Source of the DNA: the human T2T-CHM13v2.0 reference genome, Homo sapiens
Assembly (NCBI RefSeq): GCF_009914755.1
Contig: NC_060925.1
Reading direction: 5' to 3' (one strand)
DNA length: 64,000 nt
The notes below the pieces were generated by a model. The model did not search any database, was not told where the DNA came from, and saw only the letters and a list, made by a program, of their open reading frames with translations. The position numbers were made by a program, and so were the translations under genes. Of this stretch, positions 1 through 12,302 are shown piece after piece (position 1 is the first letter of the stretch; each line of letters starts with the position of its first letter).

Positions 1-730
1 AAATCTCTCCCTTCACTTTATGAGTAAGTGATTTGGTTCTGCTCCTTCTAGAAAAATTCCAGCCTTAACCCCATCTATCCCATCAGTGTGTGTCTGGGAA
101 TATCTCTAGTTACGCCATTTCTCTGGTGCTTAATTTCTTTACCCAGTGCCAGAGGGTCTGCAAGGATATGTATGAGTTTTGCAGTTTATTAATTTTGCAT
201 TAAATAATTAATAGTAAAGTTAATTGATGAATTATTCAATTTTCAGGTAAAATGGGATGATAAATATTCATAACTTATTTTATTAAGGGAATTTCCATTT
301 CTTATGTCATTAAATCTAGATTAACAAAGGCTGATTTTAAATGAAGATTGAAAACAATTGTGTTTTGGAATTAATTTACCAAGTTAAGGTCATTGCTTTG
401 TGAGTTTACCCCCTGCCAGAAAGTTCGGGCTTATCATCTGGAAAGGTATCTGAATTCGCAGAAGTCACATTGCCATCAGTTAGGAGAATTCCCCAGATCT
501 GCTGGGAACTTCCCATGAAGGGCATGACAGGCCCACGGTGGGGTGGCTCGGAGGCAGAGGCGGATCTGCGGCCTTTTCCTCCGTTCCACTGAGCACTGGG
601 CTGTTGCTTTGAGCTGTTTGTTGTCTTCTCAGGAATTGGAACACAGTTTATTATTAACATTAGTTCATACATCCCAGGGAAGGAATGATAAGGTGCATAT
701 GCCTCAAAGTTGATTTTAAAATAACTTTGG

Positions 731-1021
731 GGCCAGACACAATGGCTCACACCTGTAATCTCAGCACTTTGGGAGACTGAAGTGGGCAGATCACTTGAGC
801 CCAGGAGTTTGAGACCAGCCTGGGTAATATAGTGAGACCACCGTCTCTACAAAAATACAAAAATTAGCTGGGCATGGTGGTGCACCTGTGGTCCCAGCTA
901 CTCGAGAGGCTGAAGTGGGAGGATCACCTGAGCCCAGGAGGTTAAGGCTGCAGTGAGCCGAGATCACGCACCGTACTCCAGCCTGGGTGACAGAGTGAGA
1001 CCATGTCTCAAAAAAAAAAAA
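731..1021 (+). mobile_element. Alu, AluJ subfamily, full length
   Basis: GGCCAGACAC start, dimeric structure, J-type GAGCCCAGGAG motifs, A-tail. Confidence 0.93.
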
Positions 1022-1308
1022 GGGTTTCCCCAGAGTTTTAGGAGGTGTATGAAATGATTTCCTATCCACTAATGCTCTTAGTCAAGGGTTAACTACAGTT
1101 TCAGTTTTTATCTGTGTTTTCTAGTTATCTTATTTCTTTTAGACCTGGTTTATGTTAATTTGTAAAACTGCTTAGATCACAGACCCACAGAGTGGTGGTG
1201 AGAAGTTTCTGAGTATCTTACAGGCTGCTTACAACTTGCAAAACCCTTCAGATCTGGGATCTCAATCCTTTTAACAACCTGCAAAGTAGGTAATGCCTGG
1301 GGATACAC

Positions 1309-1459
1309 TGAGGGAGGGAGGAAGGGAGAGAGAGAGAGAGAGAAAGAAAGAAGGAGAAGAAGGAGGAGGAGGAGGAGACGAAAGAGGAGGATGAGGAGGA
1401 AATAGAGGAAGAAGAGGGAGCAAAAGAGAGGGAGGGAGATGGAGGGAGAAAGAAAGATC
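1309..1459 (+). repeat. GA-rich polypurine low-complexity tract
   Basis: GGGA/GA/GAA/GAG runs with very few pyrimidines. Confidence 0.9.
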
Positions 1460-1514
1460 CAGAGTAAGCCACATCTCACATTCAGTTTTCTTTCTCCTGT
1501 CCGGCCACTTCCCT

Positions 1515-1615
1515 CCACTCACGGATGAGGAAACTGAGACCCAGAAATTATGTGACTTACCCAAGGTCACTTCAGCTAATTAGGTACAGAAGTTGGGACC
1601 AGAGCCCAGCTCTTT
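1515..1615 (-). mobile_element. MIR fragment
   Basis: GATGAGGAAACTGAGACCCAGA...GTGACTTACCCAAGGTCAC core. Confidence 0.85.
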
Positions 1616-2139
1616 CTTTTTCACATTTGAGTGCTTTTTTCAACTTCGGTGTCTTTCTTAGCGCTTTAAAATAATTTTTAACCGCCCCCGAGTAGTGGAG
1701 CGCTTGGGAGTATTTATAGCCCCGTGGAACCGCGTTTCTCTGCTTCACCAAGTGTTCATTATAATTTTCCAGTGAAACTTGTTTGCTCTGAGGAAGTTGA
1801 TCCTACGGTAGGCCTTCATTTCAGAGGAGAGCATTTGATGTTGCATCTCATGAACCTGCTCTCCTAAAATTATCCCTAATTGGCTTGGAAAGTGGCTTCC
1901 AACAAGCAGATGGCTTAATATCTTGACTTTCTGGTGTGACTCAGGGAGGCACCAGGATTAGATCTGGCTTGAGATAGTGGTCTTGTTATTTGGAGGATGA
2001 GATGCTATCAGTAATGTGCAGACTGGAGTGGCAGCCTCTGGGGAGATGTCGTGGAAACCGCCAGGGACAGCTCGTGTCATCAGGGATGTCAGATGGCAGG
2101 TGGGGTGGGGAGAGGGGGCCTCGAAATGCAATTCCATAA

Positions 2140-2290
2140 TGTCTAGCGTTAGTCAACAAGCCATTATTGAGTGCCTGCTGCGTGCATAGGTTTGTAGTAG
2201 GCACTGTGGGGTTACAAAGGCAGTGGAAAACATGGCCCCTGATCTAATTGGAAAGACAAGTCACACATATCTGAGATAACTAGAGAGAAG
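2140..2290 (-). mobile_element. L2 3' fragment
   Basis: CAACAAGCCATTATTGAGTGCCTGCTG...TAGGCACTGTGGGG resembles antisense L2 3' end. Confidence 0.6.
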
Positions 2291-2319
2291 TTCCCAGACG
2301 GCACACGCAGGAGAGCCTG

Positions 2320-2346
2320 GTGTGTGTGCATGTGTATGTGTGTGTG

Positions 2347-2387
<41 letters not shown>

Positions 2388-2398
2388 CCACACACACA
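2320..2398. repeat. (TG)n microsatellite followed by CGCGC and (CA)n
   Basis: Direct reading. Confidence 0.95.
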
Positions 2399-3034
2399 GC
2401 TGTGGGAGGAATGCAAAATGGGGCCAAGATCAATTGGATTCAATTGATTTCGTTGGGAAAAACAGCACAGCAGCATTTGTACGGGTGAATTTCAATCAGA
2501 AAACCGTGAACTTTGGTGGGGAACGGCATGCCCTGATAGGGTCGGGAGAGACAATGCTTGGGCTTTTCTCATTCTTAAGCCACACAGAGAGCAGATTAAT
2601 TGGTGGCGTTGACATAAATGATGAGAAGACTCTGGAGGCCATGGAATGCAAGAAGATGGGACAAAAGCCGAGAATCCCTGCAGGAGCCACCTCCCGGAGG
2701 GGCGGGTGCTGCTGGGATGCCTTTTTTGTGCACGCTCTGTGGGAGCCTGGCCGGGGCTCAGCCAGGCAGAGCTGTCTCTCCCAGATCTGCTCCCTGAGCT
2801 GCAGGGCTGTCCTCCAGGGCACAGCCTAGCCCCCATTTAGTGAGTGTCTAGATGGGCACTGCGAGGCTAGAGGGCCTTTCCAAGCAGGGACTCCAGCCCA
2901 TGTCTGTCTGTTGAAAGCCTGTTTGTCCCACTGCACCCATCAAGCTAATGGGACCATAAATGGAAGTGTTTACAAGGTCACCCTGATGGGTCACTGGAAT
3001 CATCTGCCTGCTGACTTCTTCCTACACTTGAGAA

Positions 3035-3245
3035 GGGTGCCTCTCAACCAGAGACACAACCACCCCCTCGCTCAGTCCCCATGGGACATTTGACAATGTC
3101 TGGAGACATTTTTGGTGGTCACCATGGGAGGGGCCAAGCTGCTGGCATCTGGGGTAGAGGCTGTTGATGCTGGAAACCGTCCTATGGTGCACAGGACAGA
3201 GCCCTGCATGAGGGAGTTAGCGAGCCCCAAATATTGATGGCAAGA
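3035..3245 (+). mobile_element. MER20 DNA transposon (hAT-Charlie)
   Basis: GGGACATTTGACAATGTCTGGAGACATTTTTGGT...TGCACAGGACAG. Confidence 0.85.
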
Positions 3246-3269
3246 ATTCAGTGAAGATAATTCCTACCG

Positions 3270-3460
3270 AAGCGCTTGGTGGTCAAGAGCCGGGCTCTGT
3301 ATATGAAGCCCAGCTCTTCCATTTAGTAGCAGAAAATTACCTTCTCACCGTGCCTCAGTTTTCGCATCTGTATAATGGGAGTAATGATAGTACATATTGT
3401 TGTGAGGAGTACATGAGTGAAGCGTGTTAAGAACTTAGGGCTTAGTGTCATTGGTGTATT
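3270..3460 (+). mobile_element. MIR
   Basis: GGTCAAGAGCCGGGCTCTG...GTGCCTCAGTTTTCGCATCTGTATAATGGG. Confidence 0.8.
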
Positions 3461-3571
3461 CATGATGATGATCTCCCCAGGAATCTGTTCCAAACCGCAG
3501 ACCCAGATGGCCCTGGGCTCTGTACGCACACAGCCCAGTTCTTCCTCACTTCTGCTTTTGTGGTTGTGCAG

Positions 3572-3632
3572 AAGGACGGCCTGAACTCTCACATCATCCT
3601 CGACTACCAGAAACGATTCAACAATCCTTGGG
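3572..3632 (+). other. Possible unannotated exon (61 nt)
   Basis: CTCAC branch-like motif, pyrimidine tract and TGCAG acceptor; weak GG/GTGAAA donor; open frame KDGLNSHIILDYQKRFNNPW. Confidence 0.25.
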
Positions 3633-3812
3633 GTGAAAAAGGTTCAGAGAGGAAATAGGGGAGAAAACTCAAAGAGTCCACATCACAGCATTCAAGAAAG
3701 AAGAGCATTTTAAATAGGAGATGGTGGTTAAGAGAGTCAAATGCTGCATGGGAAGCCAAGCTAAGAGCCCAAACTTATTTATTTATTCATCCAACAAATA
3801 TTTATTGACAAT

Positions 3813-4382
3813 CGTATTAGTTACCTATTGCGCTAATTTTATAGTTACCTAATTGCCTCAAAACTTAGTGGCTTAAAATAACACTTATGTATCATTTTGC
3901 CCTGTCTGTCAGTCAGGAATCCAGGACAACTTAGCCAGGTCTCAAGGTTTCTCTCGGGGCTGCAGTCAAAGTGTTGCTGGGGCTGCAGCCTCAGTTGAAC
4001 ACTCGACTGAGGCAGGATCCACTCCCAAGCTCACTCATGCATTGTGGGAGGATTCAGTTCCTTGTGGGCTGTTGAGCTGAGGGCTGAACTCCTTTCTAGC
4101 TGTTGGCCAGAGGCTGCCCTCAGTTCCTGCCACATGGGCCTCTCCAACAGGGCAGCTTGCTTTATCAGAGTGAGTTAGCAAGAGACTACGAGAGGGTGAG
4201 CAAGACAAAAGCCAGAGTCTTTTTGAAAATAAATCTCACAAGTGACATCCTTTCATTTTGCTGCCATCTGTTTCTTAGAAGTGAGACATTAAGTCCAGCT
4301 CCTGTCAAGGGGAGCTGACCCAAAAGGGTGTGGCTTCCAGGAGCAGGAGTCATTGGGGGCTCCCTCAGATGCTGCTGCCGCA
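3813..4382 (-). mobile_element. MLT1F-like MaLR solo LTR
   Basis: TATTAGTTACCTATTGC...AAAACTTAGTGGCTTAAAA, GGATTCAGTTCCTTGTGGGCTGTTG, TTAGAAGTGAG motifs. Confidence 0.8.
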
Positions 4383-4409
4383 CTATGCATTACACGAAAG
4401 CACTGATAA

Positions 4410-4550
4410 GAGGGGCAAAGTGTAGGAAGAACAGGCCACAAACTGGGAGTTCATCATGGCATCAATACGCACTCTCTGGGTGGCACTGGGCAAAGCATTC
4501 TTGCCTTTCTGGGGCTCAGTTTCCTTCTCCTTACAATGGCTGAATTGGAT
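4410..4550 (+). mobile_element. MIR fragment (degenerate)
   Basis: TGGGCAAAGCATTCTTGCCTTTCTGGGGCTCAGTTTCCTT. Confidence 0.55.
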
Positions 4551-5929
4551 TCAGGGATGGTGAATATGCATGATCCATTGATGCCCAGAGCAGACATCAC
4601 TACCCATGGTACAATCTTCTGTGAGCTGGGTGCACCCTCAGAATCCCTCCTAACACAGCTCTCGTTTCAGACAGACACGACTCATTGATCAGAGATAGCA
4701 CTTGTGTTGAAATCCATCTGCCATCCCTGTGCAATCTGCAAAGAGACATTCTGTGCTTATGGCTCCACAGACCACCGATCAAGATGTCACAGTAAAAACG
4801 GGCAGATGAATCGTCCTCCCATTGGCCTGAGTGAGAAAGCTGACTCCTTAGTGTTTGAGGACTGGGGGTCCTTGTTCTGTACCTCAGCACTTTCCTTCCC
4901 AGAAAGTACCCAGTGTCTAGATGGGATGATTCAGAGGGGACGCTGCTGAGGAGCACTCGGGGTCTGAAGCCCATCGTGGGATTAGCTTGACCTGATGGGG
5001 TGGGCTTAGCCCCACATCTTCTGTTTGGTTTCTTATGGGGGCAGATTTGGCCTCAGTGGCTCTGCTGCCTATGGTGAGCCGGGAAGTGAGCATGGGTCTT
5101 TCTGGAAATGAGCCCGAGGTGGCCTGAGGTGTTTCTGCATTCAATTTATCTGAGTTTCAAGTGATTCATCCTGTTCCTTCCTGGATCGTGTTCCTGGGCT
5201 CCAGGTGATGGCTTAATTTGCTTCTGAAATCTGGATCCCACCCATTCACTCTCTTCCAGTAGCTGCTGGGGGCATCCTGTTAACAAGAAGCACAGCACAT
5301 TTTCTGGGCCATGTAACCCTTTATCCCAACCCATTAGAATTTTCAGCACCCCCCTTCCCCCCTTTTTTTTTAAGTTTCTTTTCCTGAAGGGCTAGAATGT
5401 TCTGAGGCAGCTTAATAGACATCGATTTGCAATGATTTTTAGCCACTGTGCTTCAGGAGAGTTGAGGAGCTGATGATTAATCCTCGCAACAGCTCTTCCC
5501 TTTTGTTTTAAAATGACCTAATAGCTGAATTGCCCGAGCAGGCCGGGCCAGTCTGACCCAGTTCAGCTCCTTGCCTTCTGCTGCTTCATTTAAATGAATC
5601 TGCGATGAATTATTCAGCCCTGCTACGGGGGAGAGTGAGTGCTCCTCCTGTAATATTTAATCAGCAACCTGGGAGGACAGCGTCATCTTTACAGACAGCT
5701 GCTGCTCACTTAGAGGCAGATGAATGAGTGTTCTTAGAAGCTGGGTCGGATTCCTGCCTTTTCAAGGAAGGTGGCTTGTCCTCTGATCTCAGAGGGATGG
5801 CGCTGCTCCTCGGGTTCACCCGTGATCCCTTTGGTCGGTCCTCTTTCTATGTCAGCAGAAAGCAGCCCCCAGGGCCTCCCAGTTTAGGGACTCTGTGCGA
5901 CCTCGATTCCCAAATGTGCCCCCTTAACT

Positions 5930-6440
5930 GTAGTGTCCTCTCCTCTATGTAACAAACCACTGAGAACTTAATTGCTTAAAATGACTGGAACGCATTGTCT
6001 TACAGTTCTGTATGTTAGACGTGTGACCCAGGTCTCACTGAGCTGAAATTAAGGTGTCAGAAGGGCTGCGCTCCTTCTGGAAGCTCTGGGAGGAGAATCC
6101 ATCTCTTCACCTCTTCCAGCGGCTAGAGGCCGCCTGCATTCTTTGGCTCTGGGTCCCTTCCCCCATCTTGAGAGCCAGCCACGGAGCATCTCTCTGGCTC
6201 TCTTTCTCTGACCTCCTCTCCTGAGTCCCCCTTCTACTTCTAATGACCTTGTGATTACATTGAGCCCAGCTGGGTAATCTGAAATCATCTCCCCATCTCA
6301 AGATCAGCTGATTAGCAGTCTTAATTCAACTTGCCAACTTACTTCCCCTTTACCACATAATCTAACATAGCCACAGGTTTCGGGGATTAGGACATGGACA
6401 TCTGGGGAGAGGGGTACATGATTCTGCCCTCCCATACCTA
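5930..6440 (-). mobile_element. MLT1D MaLR solo LTR
   Basis: CTTCTGGAAGCTCTGGGAGGAGAATCC, AGATCAGCTGATTAGCA, GGGGATTAGGACATGGACATC. Confidence 0.85.
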
Positions 6441-6529
6441 CCATTGCCCTGGCTTCATCATCCCTGGTTTTATAGAAATTTCTATTGAGAAGAAAACCTC
6501 TGAGAACCTTCCTGAGCACGCTGTCTAAT

Positions 6530-7158
<629 letters not shown>

Positions 7159-7484
7159 TTATTAACCCCTTATCTGGAGCCTTTGTAGGGGAGGCTGTGT
7201 GGGTCGCCGGTGCATTTGTCCAGTGGCACGTGCATTTGTTGCAGGACCGCTGCGTAGAGCTGCTGGCTGCTGGGCTGTCCTCTTTGGTCACCTCTCACAT
7301 TGGGCTTCCTTCAAACCCATTCTCTTACTTTTAGGACATTGGACTGTATGACCCTTAGAGACATGGATGGACTTTTTTCTTTGTATCCCTCACAATTCCT
7401 GTGGGTAATTTTAATAACACCCATATTTCCATTAGTTTTCCTTGATTCCTCAAAGAGCTTGGCCATTCCACCATGTTTTTCTTC

Positions 7485-7632
7485 ACTATAAGTGGTTAAG
7501 ATTGAGATGATTTTCCCCATTTTACAGACAGAGGATGAAGCACTAAATGAGCTGCCCAAGGTTCCATGGCTGACCATGGCCGAGCCGAACACCAGCCCCA
7601 GATCTGACTCCAGATGGAACGCTCTTCCCTTA
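7485..7632 (-). mobile_element. MIR
   Basis: CCCCATTTTACAGACAGAGGATGAAGC...GCCCAAGGT...CAGATCTGACTCCA. Confidence 0.75.
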
Positions 7633-9428
7633 AGGGTCTAGCTCCCCACTCTGACAGACACCCAGCGGATGTTGGCTACTTTGGATAAGCCTTGAGGCCT
7701 CCTCCCTCCCGCTGTGTGTCCCTCTCCCTTTGTAGGAGCACATTCTGGGGCCAGCAGCCTCCCGCTCAGACTTGCCATTGAACACAAGGGCAGGGTTACA
7801 GTTACACGCTGCTGAATTGTCCCTTCTGGCTTGTGTGTCTCAGGGGCCCTGGGTCTCCCAGGCCCTCTGTCTGCCTCTCTGACATCAAAGATCAGGAGGT
7901 GGTGCTTTGATCCCACGGGCCATTTGTTTGTTTCTTCCACTTTCCAGATCTCACTTCCTTGCGCGGAGGTGGGGCTGCTTTGGGCTCAGGCTTCTTGCTT
8001 TTTGGGGCTGCCCTGTTGAATGCGTTGATGCATTTTCTCATGCTGCTTCCTTCACCCCATTGGTGGAAACCTTTCCCGGCAGCCTCACGTCTGCTTTTCA
8101 GGTACTCTGGTTCCATCTCTTCCGGCCTTTGCATGTGGGGCTCTCAGTTTACCCTCAGAAAGTGTGGCATCAGCACGAGAAGCAGCAACTTTCTGAAATG
8201 CAATGTGTGCAGATAAATTATTCAGTGAAACCCAGTCTAACTTTATTAAGGCCAGAATCATCCTTTTCTGTCAGAAGCCACAGACAGAGGCTGGATCAAC
8301 AAGAGGCCCCAGGACCTAGACAGCACCCTGGGGCCAGAGGATCGTGGTTGGCCGTGGGCTGGTCACTGCCATGTGGGCTTGGGTTGGCCTTCCCGTATGT
8401 TTGCTTGGCCACGTGCCTGTGTGGCCATTCTGACCAAGTGGGGTGGACGGCAGAGACACTCAGGTGGAGAAGCCAGATGCGGCCCCCTTGGAGAGGGGTC
8501 ATCTTTACTTGATTCCCTTGGTCTGGAGAGAAGGATCTAGGGGCCAGAGTGGCTCCCGGTCAGTGTCTAGGAATGGAGAGGGAGGAAGGAGGGTCTCGGG
8601 CAAGACCTCCCCCAACAGGCAGACCAGGGCAGTGCCTATTTATTCATGGCATTTCACATCATAAGAGAGTTAAAGAGTTTGTGGCATTTTAAATGCTTTA
8701 TAGATTAATTTATATTCTAACATGGTAATGAGGAAGCGGCTTTTGTCCAAGAGGTGAGATATGCAAAAATAACCTTTAAGTTTCCCATAATTAACCTTTA
8801 ATGATATTCTCTCACTTTAGCAATATATTTTGTGCTTCAAAAATGTAACAGATAGAAAGGAGTGAGTGCTTCTTGCATCCAAGTGCCTGGCAGAAATGAA
8901 GTCACTTTGGTGAGTGAGGTTTTACTTCTCCGTCCTTTGGTCCAAGGCTACTGGGAGGGTCAGATGGTGAAATACACACAGGAAACCTTGGCTTTGTGGC
9001 CGTATTGGTCTTTCTTTACATCATCGGCAAGCCACTGTTTCGGATTCTTCAGGGCTGGCCTTCCCTCTTCACAGCCCCTCCCACCACTGCTGTAACCCAC
9101 GAGCCTGCTGCACGCAGGGCCCACCCCCCATCCTCTCTCCTTGGACTTTGGTGAGATTTGACCTTGTAGGTTCATTGACCTTTTGTCAAAGTCCTCTTCT
9201 GTTGATTCTGCAGAGCACCTAACATGTGCCAAGGCCCTGAGCTGCTGCCCTCAGAGTTATGTCTAGTGGGGGCCTCAGACACCCAGACCCAGTGGCAGCA
9301 GTGGGAGGGAAGGCACCACTGCTGTGACCCAGGGTACCCTGTATTAGTCAGGGTTCTCTGGAGAAACAGAACCAACGTGTGCCTCTGTGTGTGTGTGTAT
9401 GTGTGTGTGTACATACATATACATAGAC

Positions 9429-9657
9429 CACGGGTGTCCAATCTTTTGGCTTCCCTGGGCCACACTGGAAGAAGAAGAACTGTCTTGGGCCACACATAAA
9501 ATAGTCTAACACTAGTTGATAAGCCAGAAAAAACAAAAAAAAGAGAATCACAAAAAAACTCATAATGTTTTAAGAAAGTTTATGAATTTGTGTTGGGCTG
9601 CATTCAAAGCCGTCCTGGGCTGCATGTGGCCTGTGGGCTGTGGGTTGGACAAGCTTG
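9429..9657 (+). mobile_element. MER30 DNA transposon nested in MLT2
   Basis: CACGGGTGTCCAATCTTTTGGCTTCCCTGGGCCAC...GGACAAGCTTG; 8-bp TSD ACATAGAC (9421) / ACATAGGC (9658). Confidence 0.92.
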
Positions 9658-9741
9658 ACATAGGCAAAGAGATTTTTTATAAGAAATTGGCTCCTGTGAT
9701 TATGGAGGCCAAATAATCCCAAAATCTGCAGTCAGCAAGGT

Positions 9742-11085
9742 GGAGACCCAGGAGAGCTGATGGTGGTGTTCCAGTGTGAGTCCAAAAACCTGAGACCCAG
9801 GAGAGCTGATGGTGGTGTTCCAGTCTGAGTCCGAAAACCTAAGAACCAGGAGAGCTGATGGTGGTGTTCCAGTGTGAGTCCGAAAACCTGAGACCCAGGA
9901 GAGCTGATGGTGGTGTTCCAGTGTGAGTCCGAAAACCTGAGACCCAGGAGAGCTGATGGTGGTGTTCCAGTGTGAGTCCGAAAACCTGAGACCCAGGAGA
10001 GCTGATGGTGGTGTTCCAGTGTGAGTCCGAAAACCTGAGACCCAGGAGAGCTGATGGTGGTGTTCCAGTGTGAGTCCGAAAACCTGAGACCCAGGAGAGC
10101 TGATGGTGGTGTTCCAGTGTGAGTCCGAAAACCTGAGACCCAGGAGAGCTGATGGTGGTGTTCCAGTGTGAGTCCGAAAACCTGAGACCCAGGAGAGCTG
10201 ATGGTGGTGTTCCAGTGTGAGTCCGAAAACCTGAGACCCAGGAGAGCTGATGGTGGTGTTCCAGTGTGAGTCCGAAAACCTGAGACCCAGGAGAGCTGAT
10301 GGTGGTGTTCCAGTGTGAGTCCGAAAACCTGAGACCCAGGAGAGCTGATGGTGGTGTTCCAGTGTGAGTCCGAAAACCTGAGACCCAGGAGAGCTGATGG
10401 TGGTGTTCCAGTGTGAGTCCGAAAACCTGAGACCCAGGAGAGCTGATGGTGGTGTTCCAGTGTGAGTCCGAAAACCTGAGACCCAGGAGAGCTGATGGTG
10501 GTGTTCCAGTGTGAGTCCGAAAACCTGAGACCCAGGAGAGCTGATGGTGGTGTTCCAGTGTGAGTCCGAAAACCTGAGACCCAGGAGAGCTGATGGTGGT
10601 GTTCCAGTGTGAGTCCGAAAACCTGAGACCCAGGAGAGCTGATGGTGGTGTTCCAGTGTGAGTCCGAAAACCTGAGACCCAGGAGAGCTGATGGTGGTGT
10701 TCCAGTGTGAGTCCGAAAACCTGAGACCCAGGAGAGCTGATGGTGGTGTTCCAGTGTGAGTCCGAAAACCTGAGACCCAGGAGAGCTGATGGTGGTGTTC
10801 CAGTGTGAGTCCGAAAACCTGAGACCCAGGAGAGCTGATGGTGGTGTTCCAGTGTGAGTCCGAAAAATCTAAGAACCAGGAGAGCTGATGATGTTGTTCC
10901 AGTCTGAATCTGAAAGCCTGAGACCCAGGAGAGCTGATGATGTTGTTCCAGTCTGAATCTGAAAGCCTGAGACCCAGGAGAGCTGATGATGTTGTTCCAG
11001 TCTGAATCTGAAAGCCTGAGACCCAGGAGAGCTGATGGTGTTGTTCCAGTCTGAAAACCAGCAGGCTTGAGACCCAGAAAGAGTC
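9742..11085. repeat. 49-bp VNTR, about 27 copies
   Basis: Unit CCTGAGACCCAGGAGAGCTGATGGTGGTGTTCCAGTGTGAGTCCGAAAA; 20 identical copies at 9887-10866, diverged copies at both edges. Confidence 0.98.
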
Positions 11086-11948
11086 AAGTTTAGTCTGACT
11101 TCAGAGGCCAGAAAAGACTCACGTCCCCATGCAAGGCAGTCAAGCAGGAGGGCATCTTCTCACTCATGGGAGGGGCAGCTTTTGCTTTTATTTGTTCTAT
11201 TCAGGTCTCCAGCTGATTGGATGGGCACATGAGGAGGGCAACCTTCTTTACTCACTCTGCTGATTCAAATGTTAATCTCATTTAGAAGCACCCTCATCCA
11301 CACATCCAGAATCATGTTTGGCCAATATCCAAATACTTCGTGGCCCAGTTAGATTGACACATAACATTTTACCCCTCACATAAGATGACCCCTCATGTAA
11401 CATCAACCCTCATGCCCTCCTGAGTCTGCAAGCCTCTCTCCTTATTAACTTTATGGGTTTTCCCTGTCTTTCCTCCTTGCCTTCTACCCCATGCCTTCAA
11501 CCACCATCTCTTGACGGGTAACCTCCAGTTCTTCACCACTGACTCAGCTAGGTTGAGTCATTAATCAGTTAATTTTAAAAAATCACTTAAAGTAGGGAAT
11601 TGTACTTGTAGGTACATAAGTTAAAAATTTAACTTAAAACCTATAAGTGAGTATGGACTTACCAATCTTTCGAGGCAGGGCAAGGTTTTCTTGGTTTTCC
11701 TTAGTGTGGCCTGCTGTTTGTGGGTGAGTTCTGTCTCTTTTCACAGATCACCTTGTAAGACCTTGCCTACAACTTCTCATTTAGATTTCTTCAACATGGA
11801 GGGGCAACTTATGGACACACTGGTGAAGCAATCAGAGAATAGAATCCTTCTAGAGTTTTATGAACCATCCCCCCCAATATTTTACAGCTGAATCCACCCA
11901 CTCTAATTTCATAGCATTCCTTAAGCAACTCACTTTGAGTCTTGCTAA

Positions 11949-12276
<328 letters not shown>

Positions 12277-12302
12277 AACTTAGTTTTCATAGAAATAACT
12301 AC

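Larger units (their letters stand above)
9340..11380 (-). mobile_element. MLT2 (ERVL) solo LTR, interrupted by MER30 and an internal VNTR
   Basis: TGTATTAGTCAGGGTTCTC left end; GATTCAAATGTTAATCTCAT...GGCCCAGTTAGATTGACACATAA...TCACA right end. Confidence 0.88.

Noticed and set aside
1177-1570. Leu/Ser/Pro-rich ORFs resembling membrane proteins
   Set aside because: Translation of the GA-rich tract
9742-11085. CRISPR-like array
   Set aside because: Units are contiguous with no unique spacers, derive from an MLT2 LTR, and the DNA is primate with no cas genes
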